Position numbers and translations under genes: made by a program. DNA of 64,000 nucleotides, from NCBI GenBank assembly GCA_036785375.1, contig JAWMAR010000063.1, forward strand, positions 8,680,001 through 8,744,000. Direction: 5' to 3'. The notes under the pieces are model-generated. The model worked only from the letters and a program-made list of their open reading frames with translations. It was not told the DNA's origin and searched no databases. Positions 41,935 through 54,077 of this stretch are shown in pieces (the stretch's first letter is position 1; every line of letters starts with the position of its first letter). Source of the DNA: Leucoraja ocellata. Its lineage: Eukaryota.

Positions 41935-42330
41935 TCCTTGCCTCAATGGAAGTGCTCTTACTTCTAGGTCAAAAGATTCTTGATTCAAGTGTCACAGCAT
42001 GGGTTTTCGAGCACATTATCTGGTCTCATTACTGATGGAGCATTTCACCTGCAGCGGTGTTGGTTTATGCATAAGATGTTAAACCAATGTTCTATTCACC
42101 TTCTGAGGTGGACATAAAGATATCAAGACACTGTTCAATGATAAGCAGGGGGATGCATTCAAGTGATCAATACTTTCCCTTTAACCATAACCCTGGGTAT
42201 AGATTATCTGTACACCATTGCAATACCATTGTGAGGTTTTGCTCTGTACAGATTGGCCAACATATTTTCCTGCTGTCCAACAGCGGTGTACTGAGGTTTT
42301 AGAAAATGCTGTGCAAATGTCAAGGTTTCT
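41935..42330 (+). mobile_element. Deu-domain SINE (SacSINE1/AmnSINE1-like), near full length
   Basis: agatgttaaacc...gaggtggacataaagat...agcaggggga...agattatctg...attggcc follows recalled Deu-domain order. Confidence 0.7.
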
Positions 42331-43414
42331 TACCAGCAAAAGCAGGAAGAATTGTGGGGAAAAAGACAGCTATTTATTACAAAGTTCTTATTACTAGATG
42401 CATTGTTGTCAACACATTGCAGGTGGAACAGGGCTGGCCATGTGACTGGCAGTTCACAGACTAAAGAGTCGATTTATTTGGAAAACAGGAAAACAAGGAA
42501 ACAGCTATACCATCTTCTCCCTTTAAAAGTAAAGTAACCTTCTCCGTAAGAATCAATAGACTCAACAAGTCCCTCCTCCCCGTACCTAAATCATTGAAAT
42601 AACTAGCAAATAGTTTTGAGCCAACATAGAACACTGGATTACATAAAGGGGAACACTTATTGCTGACCCTGTCCTTAATTATGCCTTAATTATAGTCTAA
42701 CAATACCAAATGAGAATTCCACACAGTCCTTAATTTTTTTCTTTGTACAATCTGGTTTTGGAAGATATACAGAACAACATTAATAGTCCTCAGCAATTAC
42801 TGTGACTGAGACACTCAGACTGGCAAGACTGCAGTCTTCTGTTAAGTAATGGAGACATGCTGAAAGTTAAGCAGCTGGGGGAGCAGAATTTCAGCGCCTC
42901 TTGCTTTATGCATGCACCTCACTATAACACAGTCAACGTCTGGCTCCTGAGGACTTCATTATCATTAGGGTCAACGGTATTGGATTTTCTATAAATTTCT
43001 AATGTTTGAAAATTACAGCAGCCTGTCTCTATAACACTCCCTTTGGGAGCCATATGAAGCAATGTTAAAGGGCGTAGAGAGAGAGTTTGTGTATGTTTTC
43101 CTTATTAATTTGAGAACCAGAAGCAATTTAATGTGTCTAAACAAAAGTATGGTAGGCGCTTATTGTTGAGTCAGTGTACTGGACAAATCTGCATTCTATT
43201 TCTTCGGTGTTAGCCTTCCTCATGTAAACACTATAAGAAAGTCCATGGCATACTAACAGTTAACAATTTTATACGTTTTATTTTTTCCAGCTAATTTTGA
43301 ATGAACTGGTCATGATTTGCTCGTGGGTACATTGTTTGTGGGTGCTGACCAAATACAAATTGACCGCTGTGTTTTCTACGTTACAACTGCAACTACACTT
43401 TAAAAGTTTGTCAT

Positions 43415-44645
43415 TGGGTGGCATAGTGGCACAACTAGTGGAACAGTTTCTCACAGCGCCAGATACATGGCTTCAATCTGACCTCAGGTGCTATCTGTAT
43501 GGAGTTTGCATTGTTCTCCCTGTGACCATGTGTGTTTCCATTGGGTGGTCTGGTTTCCTGCCACATTCAAAGGGCATGTAGGTTGGTAGGTTAATTGATA
43601 CAAGATACAAGATACATTTAATTGTCATTTGGACCCCTTGAGGTCCAAACGAAATGCCGTTTCTGCAGCCATACATTACAAACAAATAGACCCAAGACAC
43701 AACATAATTTACATAAACATCCATCACATCGCTGTGATGGAAGGCCAAATAAACTTAACTCTCCACTGCACTCCCCCCCCCCCCCCCCCCCCCCCCCCGA
43801 TGTCAGAGTCAAAGTCAAAGCCCCCGGCTGGCGATGGCGATTGTCCCGCGGCCATTAAAGCCACGCCGGGTGGTGCGAGGTCGCACACCGGGTCTTGGTG
43901 TTAGAGCCCCCGGCGTGCGCTCGCAGAGTCCCGCGGCCATTCCAAGCCGCGCGGGGCGGTGATGTCAGGCCCCGCTCCAGGAGCTCTTCGACCCCGCAAC
44001 TCGGGCGGGGGAAGTCGCCGTTGCGAGAGCCCTGAAAAGCGGTCACCCTCCAGGGACCCGCGGGCTCCCGGTGCCGCCGTCCACAGACCTGCAGTTGAAG
44101 CCTCTGACTCTCCGGTTGGGCCGCAGCAGCAGCAGCAGCAGCGCTCCTCCACCGCTCCACCCGCTCCGGACTCGGCCAGCCCCGCGACGGTGAGGTGAGT
44201 CGGCACCAGAGTCCCCGGTCCCTTCCTGTTGGAGGCCGCTCCTCATTGCAGCCCCAACGATAACGGAGACCCGACGAGAAAAGGTCAGGTCTCCCGTGCA
44301 GGGAGAGATTTAAAAAGTTTCCCCCTCCCTCCCACGCCCCCCCCCCCCCACACACACACACCCCAACAAAAAATAACAAAAAATACATAAAAACATAGAC
44401 AGAAAATAATAAAACGTGGACGGGCTGCAGAGGCCGCTGCTGACGAGAGTCGCGCCGCCCACCGGAATTGGTTACTCAATATTGTCCTTGATGTGTAGGT
44501 GAGTGATTGAATCTAGGGGGCAATTTGTACAAATGTAGGGAGAATAAAAAATAAATGAATTAATATAGAATTTGTATAAATAGATGGTTGATGATTGGCA
44601 AGGACTCGGTGTGCTGAAGGATCTGATTTTGTGCTCTATGACTCT
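43415..44645 (+). mobile_element. HE1-like SINE split by a nested insertion
   Basis: Head at 43415-43597; body resumes at 44466. Confidence 0.8.
43598..44465 (-). mobile_element. Young CpG-rich non-autonomous retroposon, (TATCTTG)n tail, TSD AATTG
   Basis: AATTG at 43593-43597 and 44466-44470; high CpG; poly-C run 43773-43798; short CAG run. Confidence 0.82.
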
Positions 44646-44654
44646 ATGATACTA

Positions 44655-45760
44655 ATAGTTTAGTTTGGTTTAGTGATACAGTACGGAAACCGGCCTTTTG
44701 TCCCACCGAGTCCGTGCCAACCAGTGATCCCCACACACTAACACTATCCTACACACACTAGGGACAATTTACAATTTTTACCAAAGCAAATTAACCTACA
44801 AATCTGTATGTCTTTGGAGTGTTAACCAGAGTGTTAATCCTGGCCAAATTGGAGAGGCTAGGACTTTAAAATGGGGTAGACAAAAATGCTGGAGAAACTC
44901 AGCGGGTGTGGCAGCATCTATGGAGCGAATTAAATAGGCTGAATTAAAAAATAGAATTAAATTTAATAGAATTAAATCGAGCCGAAACTCTTCTTGCTTC
45001 AGGGCTGCTGGGAGATTTGGTCAATTTGGAATTGCTCTCTGCAGAGCTGGGACAAGCTGTGGAGTGGTTCCAGTGTGTCTTGAGCCTAGATACAATTTGC
45101 AAGAAAAGAATAAGAACATCTGCAGACCCTGTCAATTAGGTGCAAAATGCATAGAATGGATTGGATGGCTGCAAACCAGACATACACCTTGTAAATAATT
45201 GTAAATAATGTTGCAGATTTCGACTTTGCCAAGTGTTGATTGGATGAGGTATTGAGCCTTGTCTGGGTTTCTGGCAGATCAGGGTAAATGTTTCTGTTGG
45301 CTTCCTTGCGAAGTCCGGTTTGAATACAATGTATTGAGCTGCTGTATTATTGGGTTAGGGAAATGTCTGTTATGTATGGGGTTAATCGATATCTGTAATT
45401 GGATTATTAAGAGACCACCCCCATGTGGTTCGGCCCCTCGAGGTCCCGGGACATATAAAAATCCGCTACCACGAGGTCCAGGGTCGATCTTCTGGGAGAG
45501 CGCTTGGGACTGCGTGATTTTGTAATGCGCTTTTGTTAAAATAAAGATTAGTTGTTTCAAGTGCTTGATTCAGTGTTTTAACTGAAACTAGACTGGGGGG
45601 AGCTTAGTAACGAGCAATTTACAAGAGCACCTGGAGCAAAACCCACGTGGTCGCAGGGAAAAGGTACAAACTCCATACAGACATCACAGGTAGTCAGGAT
45701 CAAACCCAGGTCTCTGGCGCTGTAAGGCAGCAACTCTACCGCTGCTCCACCGTGCCACCG
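44655..45760 (-). mobile_element. HE1-like SINE split by a solo LTR
   Basis: Tail at 44655-44831; body and head at 45624-45760. Confidence 0.82.
44832..45623 (+). mobile_element. Solo LTR (Gypsy or class I ERV type) with nested PLE fragment (~44875-44995)
   Basis: TG...CA ends (TGTTAAT/ATTTACA); TSD AGAG at 44828-44831 and 45624-45627; TATAAAA 45454-45460; AATAAA 45540-45545. Confidence 0.82.
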
Positions 45761-46919
45761 CTATTTAAGGGCAGGCAAGACACAATGGAAATCGGGTATT
45801 TTTAATGTTCTGAATGTCCTCTTCATGGTTTTTGGTGAACTTCACACCAATGGGGGAAAAAATGTGTATAATTGTTCCCCATTTCATTAATTGTTGGTAC
45901 GCCATGGACTTTCTTATAGTGTATACACGAGGAAGGATAACACTGAAGAAACAAATTGCAGCTTTCTGATGCATCAGAAGTGATCTTGAGATCAGATATC
46001 CCTCGACACAATTATGTTAATGATTTGCTTGCTGGATTTAGGACCTGATTGCTTGAATCAACATATTTAAACGATAATGATCTCTGGAACTCGATAGGTT
46101 CAAACTCAGTGAAGCTGGTTGGTTGAATTGACACAGTATAATAATACCTTTATGTGTACAATGGTATGGATGGAACATTAAAGGTTTGTAGAGTCCAGCC
46201 TTGGAGATATTCAGAGTAGTTTTAGTAATACTCTGGTGTCCCTTTAGCAGTAAACTAATGGTCTATTTTACAAGGGTCAAAGAAGAAATCTGAGGAATGT
46301 GGTATTATAACTCCTAGAAAATGAATTAGCAAGAAACCACACTTTAATTCACTGAGAACATTTTTAGAACTATATCTAGTCTTAAATAGGAGAGCATACT
46401 CTGTGTATAGACAAGATAACTTTGTTTCAGTTTAATGATGTAGATAACAATATCAAGTTTATTTCATCACTAACACTGCACAATGCATAATTGAGGCTTT
46501 CTACAGCCAACAGGTAACAATCCAACACCATGAGAAACGTGTGACTACTCAGATTAAGTAAAGGTCATTGTGTATGAAATGAGTCTGACAATGACATGAA
46601 ATAGGTCTTATTTTGTTTAATTTGCTGGTTAGGGGAAAACCCATTTCAATCTCAAACTGATTTTCACACGTTTGCAGATAAAGTCAAGGAATATTAACTC
46701 TGTATTTTCTCTCCCAGTTAAGATTGATATAGGATTGTGATGTTTACTCTCCGCTGAGGTTGAAAATTACATTGGTGGTAACATGTAACAAACAGGCGAG
46801 ATTTAATCAACATAATTATTTTTCAAAAATATTTGACAATCCCAGAAACAGACCAAGGAATTGCAGTATACAAAAGTAAACAGTGATCATTAAATGCAAT
46901 GTAGGCATTATGTCAATTA

Positions 46920-47560
46920 CGAGCTGCCATATAGTGACACACTTGACCTTGATTCAGAAGGAATTTGATTCAAGTCTCACTCCGGAGACCTGAGCATAAG
47001 TGTGTTGGAAGGAACTGCAGATGCTGGTTTACATCGAAGATAGACACAAAATACTGGAGTAACTCAGCGGGACAGGCAGCATCTCTGGAGAGAAGGAATG
47101 AGTGGCGTTTCGGGTTCGAGACCCTTCTTCAGACTGACTTCTTCAAACCTCGACTAGTCAGACTGAAGAAGGGTCTCGACCAGAAGTGTCAACCTCCAGA
47201 GAAGCTGCCTGTCCCGCTGAGTTACTCCAGTATTTTGTGTCTACCTTCGACATGAGTATAAACATCTAAACTGACAATGCCATATGGTAATGTAGCTTTT
47301 CTGGTACACATTTGGGTATAACAGTACTCATTTGGTGCAAAAAATCCAATGATCCACTTGGACTACAGCAAATACGTTGATCTATTGTACTGAAGTTTAT
47401 TTATCTTTCAATGCTTGAGAAAAGAAAGCAATCTGGTTATTATCAGATTACTGGTGTTGAAGATTGCTTTTGCATATTGGCTGCCATGTTTCCTAATGTT
47501 ATTATAAATGACATTACAAATTGGTTTGGCATGTTTTGATAATGTGTGTTGTATTCCAGT
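46920..47560 (+). mobile_element. Deu-domain SINE interrupted by PLE inverted pair (~46999-47250)
   Basis: ttcaagtctcactccggagacctgagca head; atctggttattatc...attggctgccatgtttcct tail; PLE arms between imperfect repeats tgagcataa/tgagtataa. Confidence 0.75.
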
Positions 47561-48003
47561 TGGCTGTGGCCAAACTGTCGCTGTGAAAGTTAGCAAAAAG
47601 TGGAAATTAAAATGAAACTGAACGGGGATCTGGGGTTCTTTGTAATGGAATCACTGGTGAATATCTTATTCATGATCAGAAATTGATGATGTAGGGCATT
47701 CACTCTCTTTGTCTTCATTCTCCTCCTGCCAGCAGTTGCTCACCATAGAATTCATAGCAAAATGTAGACCTAGCAGTAGGCAAGACAATGTAGCATGCTG
47801 CGGAGCACCACAAATATTTTGTGTCCATCCTGCTGAGTTCTCAGAAATTCTCCAGAATAGTCCAAATGACAGAAATGTTATTCAGCACTGAGATTATTTG
47901 GCTGCACTCTTTTGCGCAATAGTGTTGGTGCTACCCAACTTCCCAACATGTGCATGGGTCACAGACTTTGGTCGTGAGTTGTGTGAGAGCGAGAAGCCAC
48001 TAT

Positions 48004-48170
48004 CAGTCTGAGGTAAGGTCCCGAACCAAAACCTCGCCTACTCCAGTCTGAGGTAAGGTCCTGACCTGAGACGTCACCTATCCCAGTCTGAAGAAGGTTC
48101 CTACCCTGAAACATCGCCTATCCATTTTCTCTGGAGATGCTGCCTGACTCGTTGAGTTGCTCCAGCACTT
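48004..48170 (+). repeat. Tandem trimer (40-nt period) of hammerhead-like core, followed by PLE 3' sequence
   Basis: Units start cagtctga at 48004, 48044 and 48084. Confidence 0.88.
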
Positions 48171-49147
48171 AGTCATAGAGTCATAGAGAGTCATTGAGTC
48201 TCTAGGCGCTTTGGCACAATTTGCCCATGCCGACCTACATGCCCCATCTCCACTAATCCCTTTGTGGCCTTTTTAGTCAATATCTCCCATGTTTCTTGTA
48301 CTTACAGTGCCTCACGTTCATGTGGTATGGTGAGCCGTCACAAAATGAAACCATCAAGGCCATTGCCTGCGTAATGACCATTAAAGTGTACAGTTCCCAG
48401 TGACTAGTTATATCACTGCTTAATACTGAGGTGATGGAAATATTGTAAATTGGAGAACCACAGTATGTTGGCATTTGGCTCCTGAAAGCCACACACATAC
48501 ATCCAATGGAACCCTACACTGTGTCAAAGCAAGCAATTCTTGCAAGATGAAATGAAATATGGTTATCTCCCTTTGAGCAAGTTTCGGTGACATTCCTTAT
48601 TTAACCATGGACTGAACATTACGGTGAAGTTCCAAATATAGTTCCTCAGTGTGGTTACCTTGTCAAGCACTCAGCTGTAAGGGTACAGTTGTAGCCGCAA
48701 CAGGTGGTGTATTTCAGTGAAGACATCCTAACAGAGATAAAGATGGTTAAGGGACTTTTTGCTGGGGTTTTGGTGGATTACAGGTGAGAATACTCCTCCA
48801 CTCAGTTCAGTCAGTTTGCTCTCTATGGGCATATAGACATATGAATTAGTAGCAGGAGCAGGCCACAGCTTCATCAATCAGCTTCACCATTTAATAAGAT
48901 CAATCAGCTGATCTGATTGTAACCTTAACACATTCTCCTCTATTCAACGTAACCCTTCATCCTATTACTTATCATGTATCAATCCATATGTAAGGACTCA
49001 GCTTCCAATGAAGAGCGTTTCTAAAGGATTGGGACCCTTTGCGGGAGTAATAATGACTGATTTTTGTCTATCTTGGGTGACCTTTTAGTTTTAAACAGAC
49101 ACTATTTATTCTGTCTCTCAGCATCTTGAATATTTCAATCTATTAGG

Positions 49148-49425
49148 GGTGGGACAGTAGAGCTTTGCCTCACAGCGCCAGAGACCTGGGTTCGATCCTG
49201 ATCTAGGGTGCTGTCCATGTGGAGTTTGCAATGTTATCTCTGTGTCCTCCGTTTTCCACCAGCATCTCAAAGACATGCGGGTTTGTAGGTTAATTGGCCT
49301 CTGTAAATCGCACCTAGTGTGTGGTGAGTGGATACGAAAATAGGATAACATAGAACTAGTGTGAACAGGTGGTCAGAGTGGACTTGATGGGCCGAAGGGT
49401 TATTTTTCATGTTGTCACTTTCAAT
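49148..49425 (+). mobile_element. HE1-like SINE inserted in minus-strand CR1 (~48830-49570)
   Basis: gggttcgatcctga head and body; CR1 sequence on both sides. Confidence 0.78.
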
Positions 49426-49767
49426 ATTTGAATCATTCAATCAAGTCATCTCTCACTCTTCCAAATGTCAATGGGTGCAGCTCTTCCAATGTCTATCCAG
49501 CTCTTCTCTATAAGATAACCCACCCATTCTGGGCATCGGTCTGCTGAACCTTTTCCGAACTCCTTCCAATTGATCCAGAAATAAGAAAACAGATTATTTT
49601 ACTTTTCTTGCTGAAGTTGAAAAGAAATGCTTATAGTGCACTCATGTCTCGGAATAACTTATTTGTGTAGAAAACCGGAACTTAGAATGAACTTAAACCT
49701 GAACTTAAAGTTGTTCAGAAGGTGACAACTCTACAGGATTTGGCAACTTTAAAGTGCTCCAGACATC

Positions 49768-50392
49768 TGTAGAACAATATGGACAGTTCACAAAAAGCAA
49801 CAATTGCTTGTTGTGAGTAGTTGATGACTCCTATAAATAGCACTGATGGGGTGACGTGCAAGCTATAGAACCGATGTAAGAGTGCGCAGGAAGAAAATGC
49901 AGATGCTGGTTGACATCGAAGATAGATACAAAATGTTGGAGTAACTCAGCGGGTCAGACAGCTTCTCTGGAGAAAAGGAATAGGTGACATCTCGGGTTGA
50001 GACCCTTCTTCAGACTGAGAGTCAGGGGCGAATGAAACTAGAGGTATGAAAGGTGCAGAACAAATCAGAGCCGGCACTGATGACTCGGGAATGGTGGAGC
50101 CCACAATGGTCCATTGTTGGCTGTGGGCAAGGTGATAATGAAGTGATACAAACAGTGCATCTAGCAGACGTCTAAGGTAGGGGAGAGAAAGAGAGAGAGG
50201 GAAAGCAAGGAGTTTCTTGAAATTAGATAAATCAATATTAATGCAAGGATTAACCAGCATCTACAGTTCCTTCCACCACATGTAGACTAATATGGGCAGT
50301 TTACGAAAAGCAACAACTGCTCATTGTTAGTGGTGGGTGACTCCTTTAAATAGCACTGTTGGGTGACCTTCCAGCTCTTGCACAGATGTAAG
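49768..50392 (+). repeat. Diverged ~112-bp direct repeat (49768-49880, 50281-50392) bracketing the PLE
   Basis: tgtaga..aatatgg.cagtt.ac.aaaagcaacaa.tgct...tgactcct.taaatagcactg.tgggtgac...gatgtaag in both copies. Confidence 0.88.
49881..50280 (-). mobile_element. PLE 3' region (ORF end INIDLSNFK, UTR, core) with short inverted terminal piece
   Basis: ORF 49946-50260 remnant; core with GAGA in place of GAAA at ~49985-50013. Confidence 0.85.
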
Positions 50393-51142
50393 TGCCAGAA
50401 TACTGAGCTGTGGTATTGTAGAGCTGGCAATAAATACTGAATACCGACCAATGTCGCAATCTGCACATTTTAAGAGGCCATTCATATAGCAGACACCAAG
50501 GCCTTGGCCAGGACAATGGGCAGCCAGACCTACACCATCGATGCATACTGATACAGTGAAAATATTGGTGTCATCTTGCTATGAAGGTTCTGTGCTCATT
50601 TTGCCGCGTTAAAATGACTATTGAAATAGAAGTTATAACTGTACACGTTGAACCTGAATTAAATTCTACTGTTTGCATTTGGTTGTTAAATAGATGGGTT
50701 AAAAGATGTTAAAGTAGCACAGATAGCGATTTACATGGAGAGAGCAACTTTACCAATATTTCTCCTGAATTAAGGAAGCTGCCAGTTCATTTATCTCACT
50801 GCTCCCCATGTGATTTTTCAATGCACTAATTGGCAGCTGCATTTCCCCAGGTTACAACATTATCTGGAATTATTTGCTTGGCTGAGGAACTTTTCCTTAC
50901 TTGCTTATTTACTTGTACATTAGAGCTTTCCATCTACAATGTAGCCTTAGGCTGCCTAAAATTGAAAAGAAGAGACTGGGTGGATTCTGGTGGTGACGGT
51001 GAACCTGCACAAGTCACATTTAGCATGAGTCATTGACCTTATGCAGTAACATGGTTGTGAATGTGGTGGTTCATGATGCTTTGGAAGATTTCCAAATACA
51101 TTCATGACTTGAAGTGATGTGAAAATATTCTCCAATGTGGAT

Positions 51143-51600
51143 TCTGATATCCTCCTGATCTCAGAGGCGACCAAAAACATTGGAACTGACAGTGCCGTGG
51201 GAGGACCGTCTGGAGGAGGCCCACGAGAGGAAGATGACCAAGTACAAAGAGCTGGTCATAGACTGCCGTAAGCAGGGCTGGAAGGCAAGGTGTATGCCCA
51301 TCAAGGTTGGCTGCAGAGGTTTTGCTGGGCAATCACTCGACAAAGCCTTGAGTGCACTGGGCATCAACGGAATGGCGAGGAGAAGAGCCATCAAGAACAC
51401 CACAGAGGCAGTGGAGAAGGCCTCGAGATGGCTCTGGATCAGGAGAGAAAGTCCATGGGGGGGGAACGAATGCCACCTGAACACACGTCGTGGTCTGATC
51501 AACCACGGCTGGGTGAGGGTGTCTGATGTTGAAAGACCTGAAACACCCAGATTACATCACTGATGATGTGTTCAGCAGCATCAATAGATGTCATTTTTAT
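51143..51600 (+). mobile_element. HERO/NeSL-type (R2 group) non-LTR retrotransposon 3' end, restriction-like endonuclease
   Basis: SDILLISEATKNI, frameshift, then ELTVPWEDRLEEAHERKMTKYKEL...PIKVGCRGF...ASRWLWIRR. Confidence 0.88.
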
Positions 51601-52619
51601 CAATGAACATGGTGAAGTCATGTTTGTTTCCCACGTTTGGTTCCCCCATTCGCTTTAGATTGGAGATGGCTTCATGTATTAAAGCAAACTCTCTGGACGC
51701 AAGGCACCACTATGTATATCCACTGCCGATATTGGGTGAGTTTGGCTAGCTGTCTGTGCACAGGTATATTTACAGGAGGATCTTCCTCTTAATACCCTGT
51801 GTTATTCCTCGTAATCTGATAAGCGTTATCCTATTCATGGTGGCATCAATAGGATTTTCCAATCAATTGAATAACTCCTATTCCAGAGGAAACAATGCTC
51901 CATGTTTTCCTTGTGGTAATAGTTCAAGTCTAACTTTGGTAATCTATCAGAGTACCGGGTGTTGATCTGATTATGGTTAATTATTTCTGAATTTATAGGT
52001 TAGCTTGTCCAATCTTATTCACTCCCATTAATTCAACTAAAATAGGATTCAGTGACCAATGTATCTCATTGGAACTTGATAACATCATAAAATGGACTGA
52101 AATGTGAAATAAGTAGTTTTAGGACATCCATTAACAGGTTCCATATAAAATCTGCAGGTCTGAAGTATCATCAATTGGACCAGAGTAGAAGGGCTGATTG
52201 GCTGACTCCTATTTCTATATTATTAATATGTTGAACAACACACAAATATGGAACTTAGAACATAAAACTACAGCAGAAGAACATACCTTACGGCCCACAA
52301 AGTCTATAATCTATATAACTAAAAGTCTCATCTTGACCACTTCCTGTCTGCACTGTGTATTGATTTTAGAAAAAAAACACTACTCTATGTCGCTTATGAT
52401 TTTTGGCTCACAGTCCTCCTCCACTGAGGCAGCTCCGAGGATTTTTCCGATCGATGAAAAATAAAAAAGTTATGAGTGTTTAAAAAATCTTGAGATCAGC
52501 TGATTGGTCTTCTCACCTGCCAATCACATGATGAAAGTAATGCCCCTTCCGGGGAGAGGGCAGGAATATAAGCTTTGCCTTTGCTTTGCTTACCTCACCT
52601 AAAATGAAAGCAAATGGAT

Positions 52620-52908
52620 TGTATTGTTGGCTGTGTTGTTACCTTATTGCTCTGGAGACCTAGGTTTGATCCTGACTACAGGCGCTGTCTGTACAGAGTT
52701 TTTACTTTCCCCCTGTGACCATGTGGGTTTCTCTGGGTGCTCCAGTTTTCTCCCACACTCCAAAGATGTACAGGTTTGTAGGTTAATTGTGTTCAGTAAC
52801 ATTATCTTTGATGTGTAGGATAGTGCTCGTGTATAGGGTGATCGCTGGACTTAGTGGGCTGAAGGGCCTGTTTCCACGCTGTATCTCTAAAATCTAAAGT
52901 AAAGTCTA
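52620..52908 (+). mobile_element. HE1-like SINE
   Basis: ggtttgatcctgactac head, conserved body, tctaaa tail. Confidence 0.88.
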
Positions 52909-53812
52909 AATTATCCCATCAGCTTCCAGCGCTCCAGAAAGAACAATCCAAGTTTGTCTGACCTCTCCAACACCTCCACAGTTGTGATTTCCAAAAATGC
53001 AACCCCACAGAATAGTGGACTGTACATTTACCCATAAAATACTAATCTCTTTTTCTCTACGTTGAACTTCTATAATGGAAACTTTACCTCGGCTTTTTCC
53101 CAGAACTTTATCTCTTGTTTCAATCAAATTGTTTATTGAACGACAAAGAAAACTGAAAGTATTTATCAAAACACAATGTTTTCACAAATCTTTGCTGAAA
53201 TCTCAAGATTAGTACGTTTGAGCTGTTCTGAAGAAAGCGATACCTTGACTGACAATGATGGAAACCCCCAACATTTCAGATGTATATAAAAAAATAAATA
53301 TACATGTTTGAACAGAAAGGAAGGTAGCAATGATGATTTGAATGAGACCATTTCAATCTCCATGCAGTCCCTGATTAGAAAATATTTCTGTCATCTTTGT
53401 TTTCCTCATGAGCAGGGTGCCAATGCGGAGAGGGACACAATTTCCTTTGTAGAGAACTGTCATAAAAGCAAGGTATAGCACCAATTACTGTAAATCTTCC
53501 TTTATTATGGGCCACCAGAGGGTGATCCTTGATGGTAAATACAAATCATATGGGATGTTTTCCTACAATCTAATTACAAGTCATTGAGTTGTGAATCAAC
53601 TGTAAGAATTCACAGATAGAAAGGTACCAATGATCACCAAGAAAGATGCAGGAACATCCAAACATTAACATGATTTTGTAATGGTCAGATTGTGCTTATT
53701 TGAGTATCAACTTCAAAAGGAAATTGCAGACTACAGATAATAGAGATAGTATTTGTAAAAGGGTTCTTTAAAAAAAAAAAATGTCACAAGGGAAACATTC
53801 TAGTCATGATCT

Positions 53813-53910
53813 TAAAGGACCTGTCCCACTTAGGCTATTTTTAGGCGACTGCCAGCGACTGTCATAGTTGTAGCACGTCGCCGAAAAACTGCGACTAGAC
53901 CCCCCCCCCC
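53813..53910 (+). mobile_element. Single end of Harbinger-like non-autonomous element
   Basis: aggacctgtcccacttagg resembles the MITE TIR gcccctgtcccacttagg; no second end seen. Confidence 0.6.
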
Positions 53911-54077
53911 CCTTTGACATAAAATCTGAGAGTCATTACTTTAACAACAAAATAACATTTAGGTGGAGTTTCCAGTGATCATTTGGATATTGCTGTTGAA
54001 ATGGAAGACACGGTTACGACAGAAGTAAATTTGGTCAACTCATGACTTTGGGATGTAGATACAATGATGATGATCTT

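Noticed and set aside
43618-44479. Multiple overlapping ORFs up to 177 aa and a CpG-island-like patch
   Set aside because: Explained by a GC-rich, TSD-bounded retroposon; peptides are low complexity with no recognisable domain.
48004-48123. CRISPR-like periodic repeat
   Set aside because: No unique spacers, eukaryotic context, and the unit is a PLE segment.
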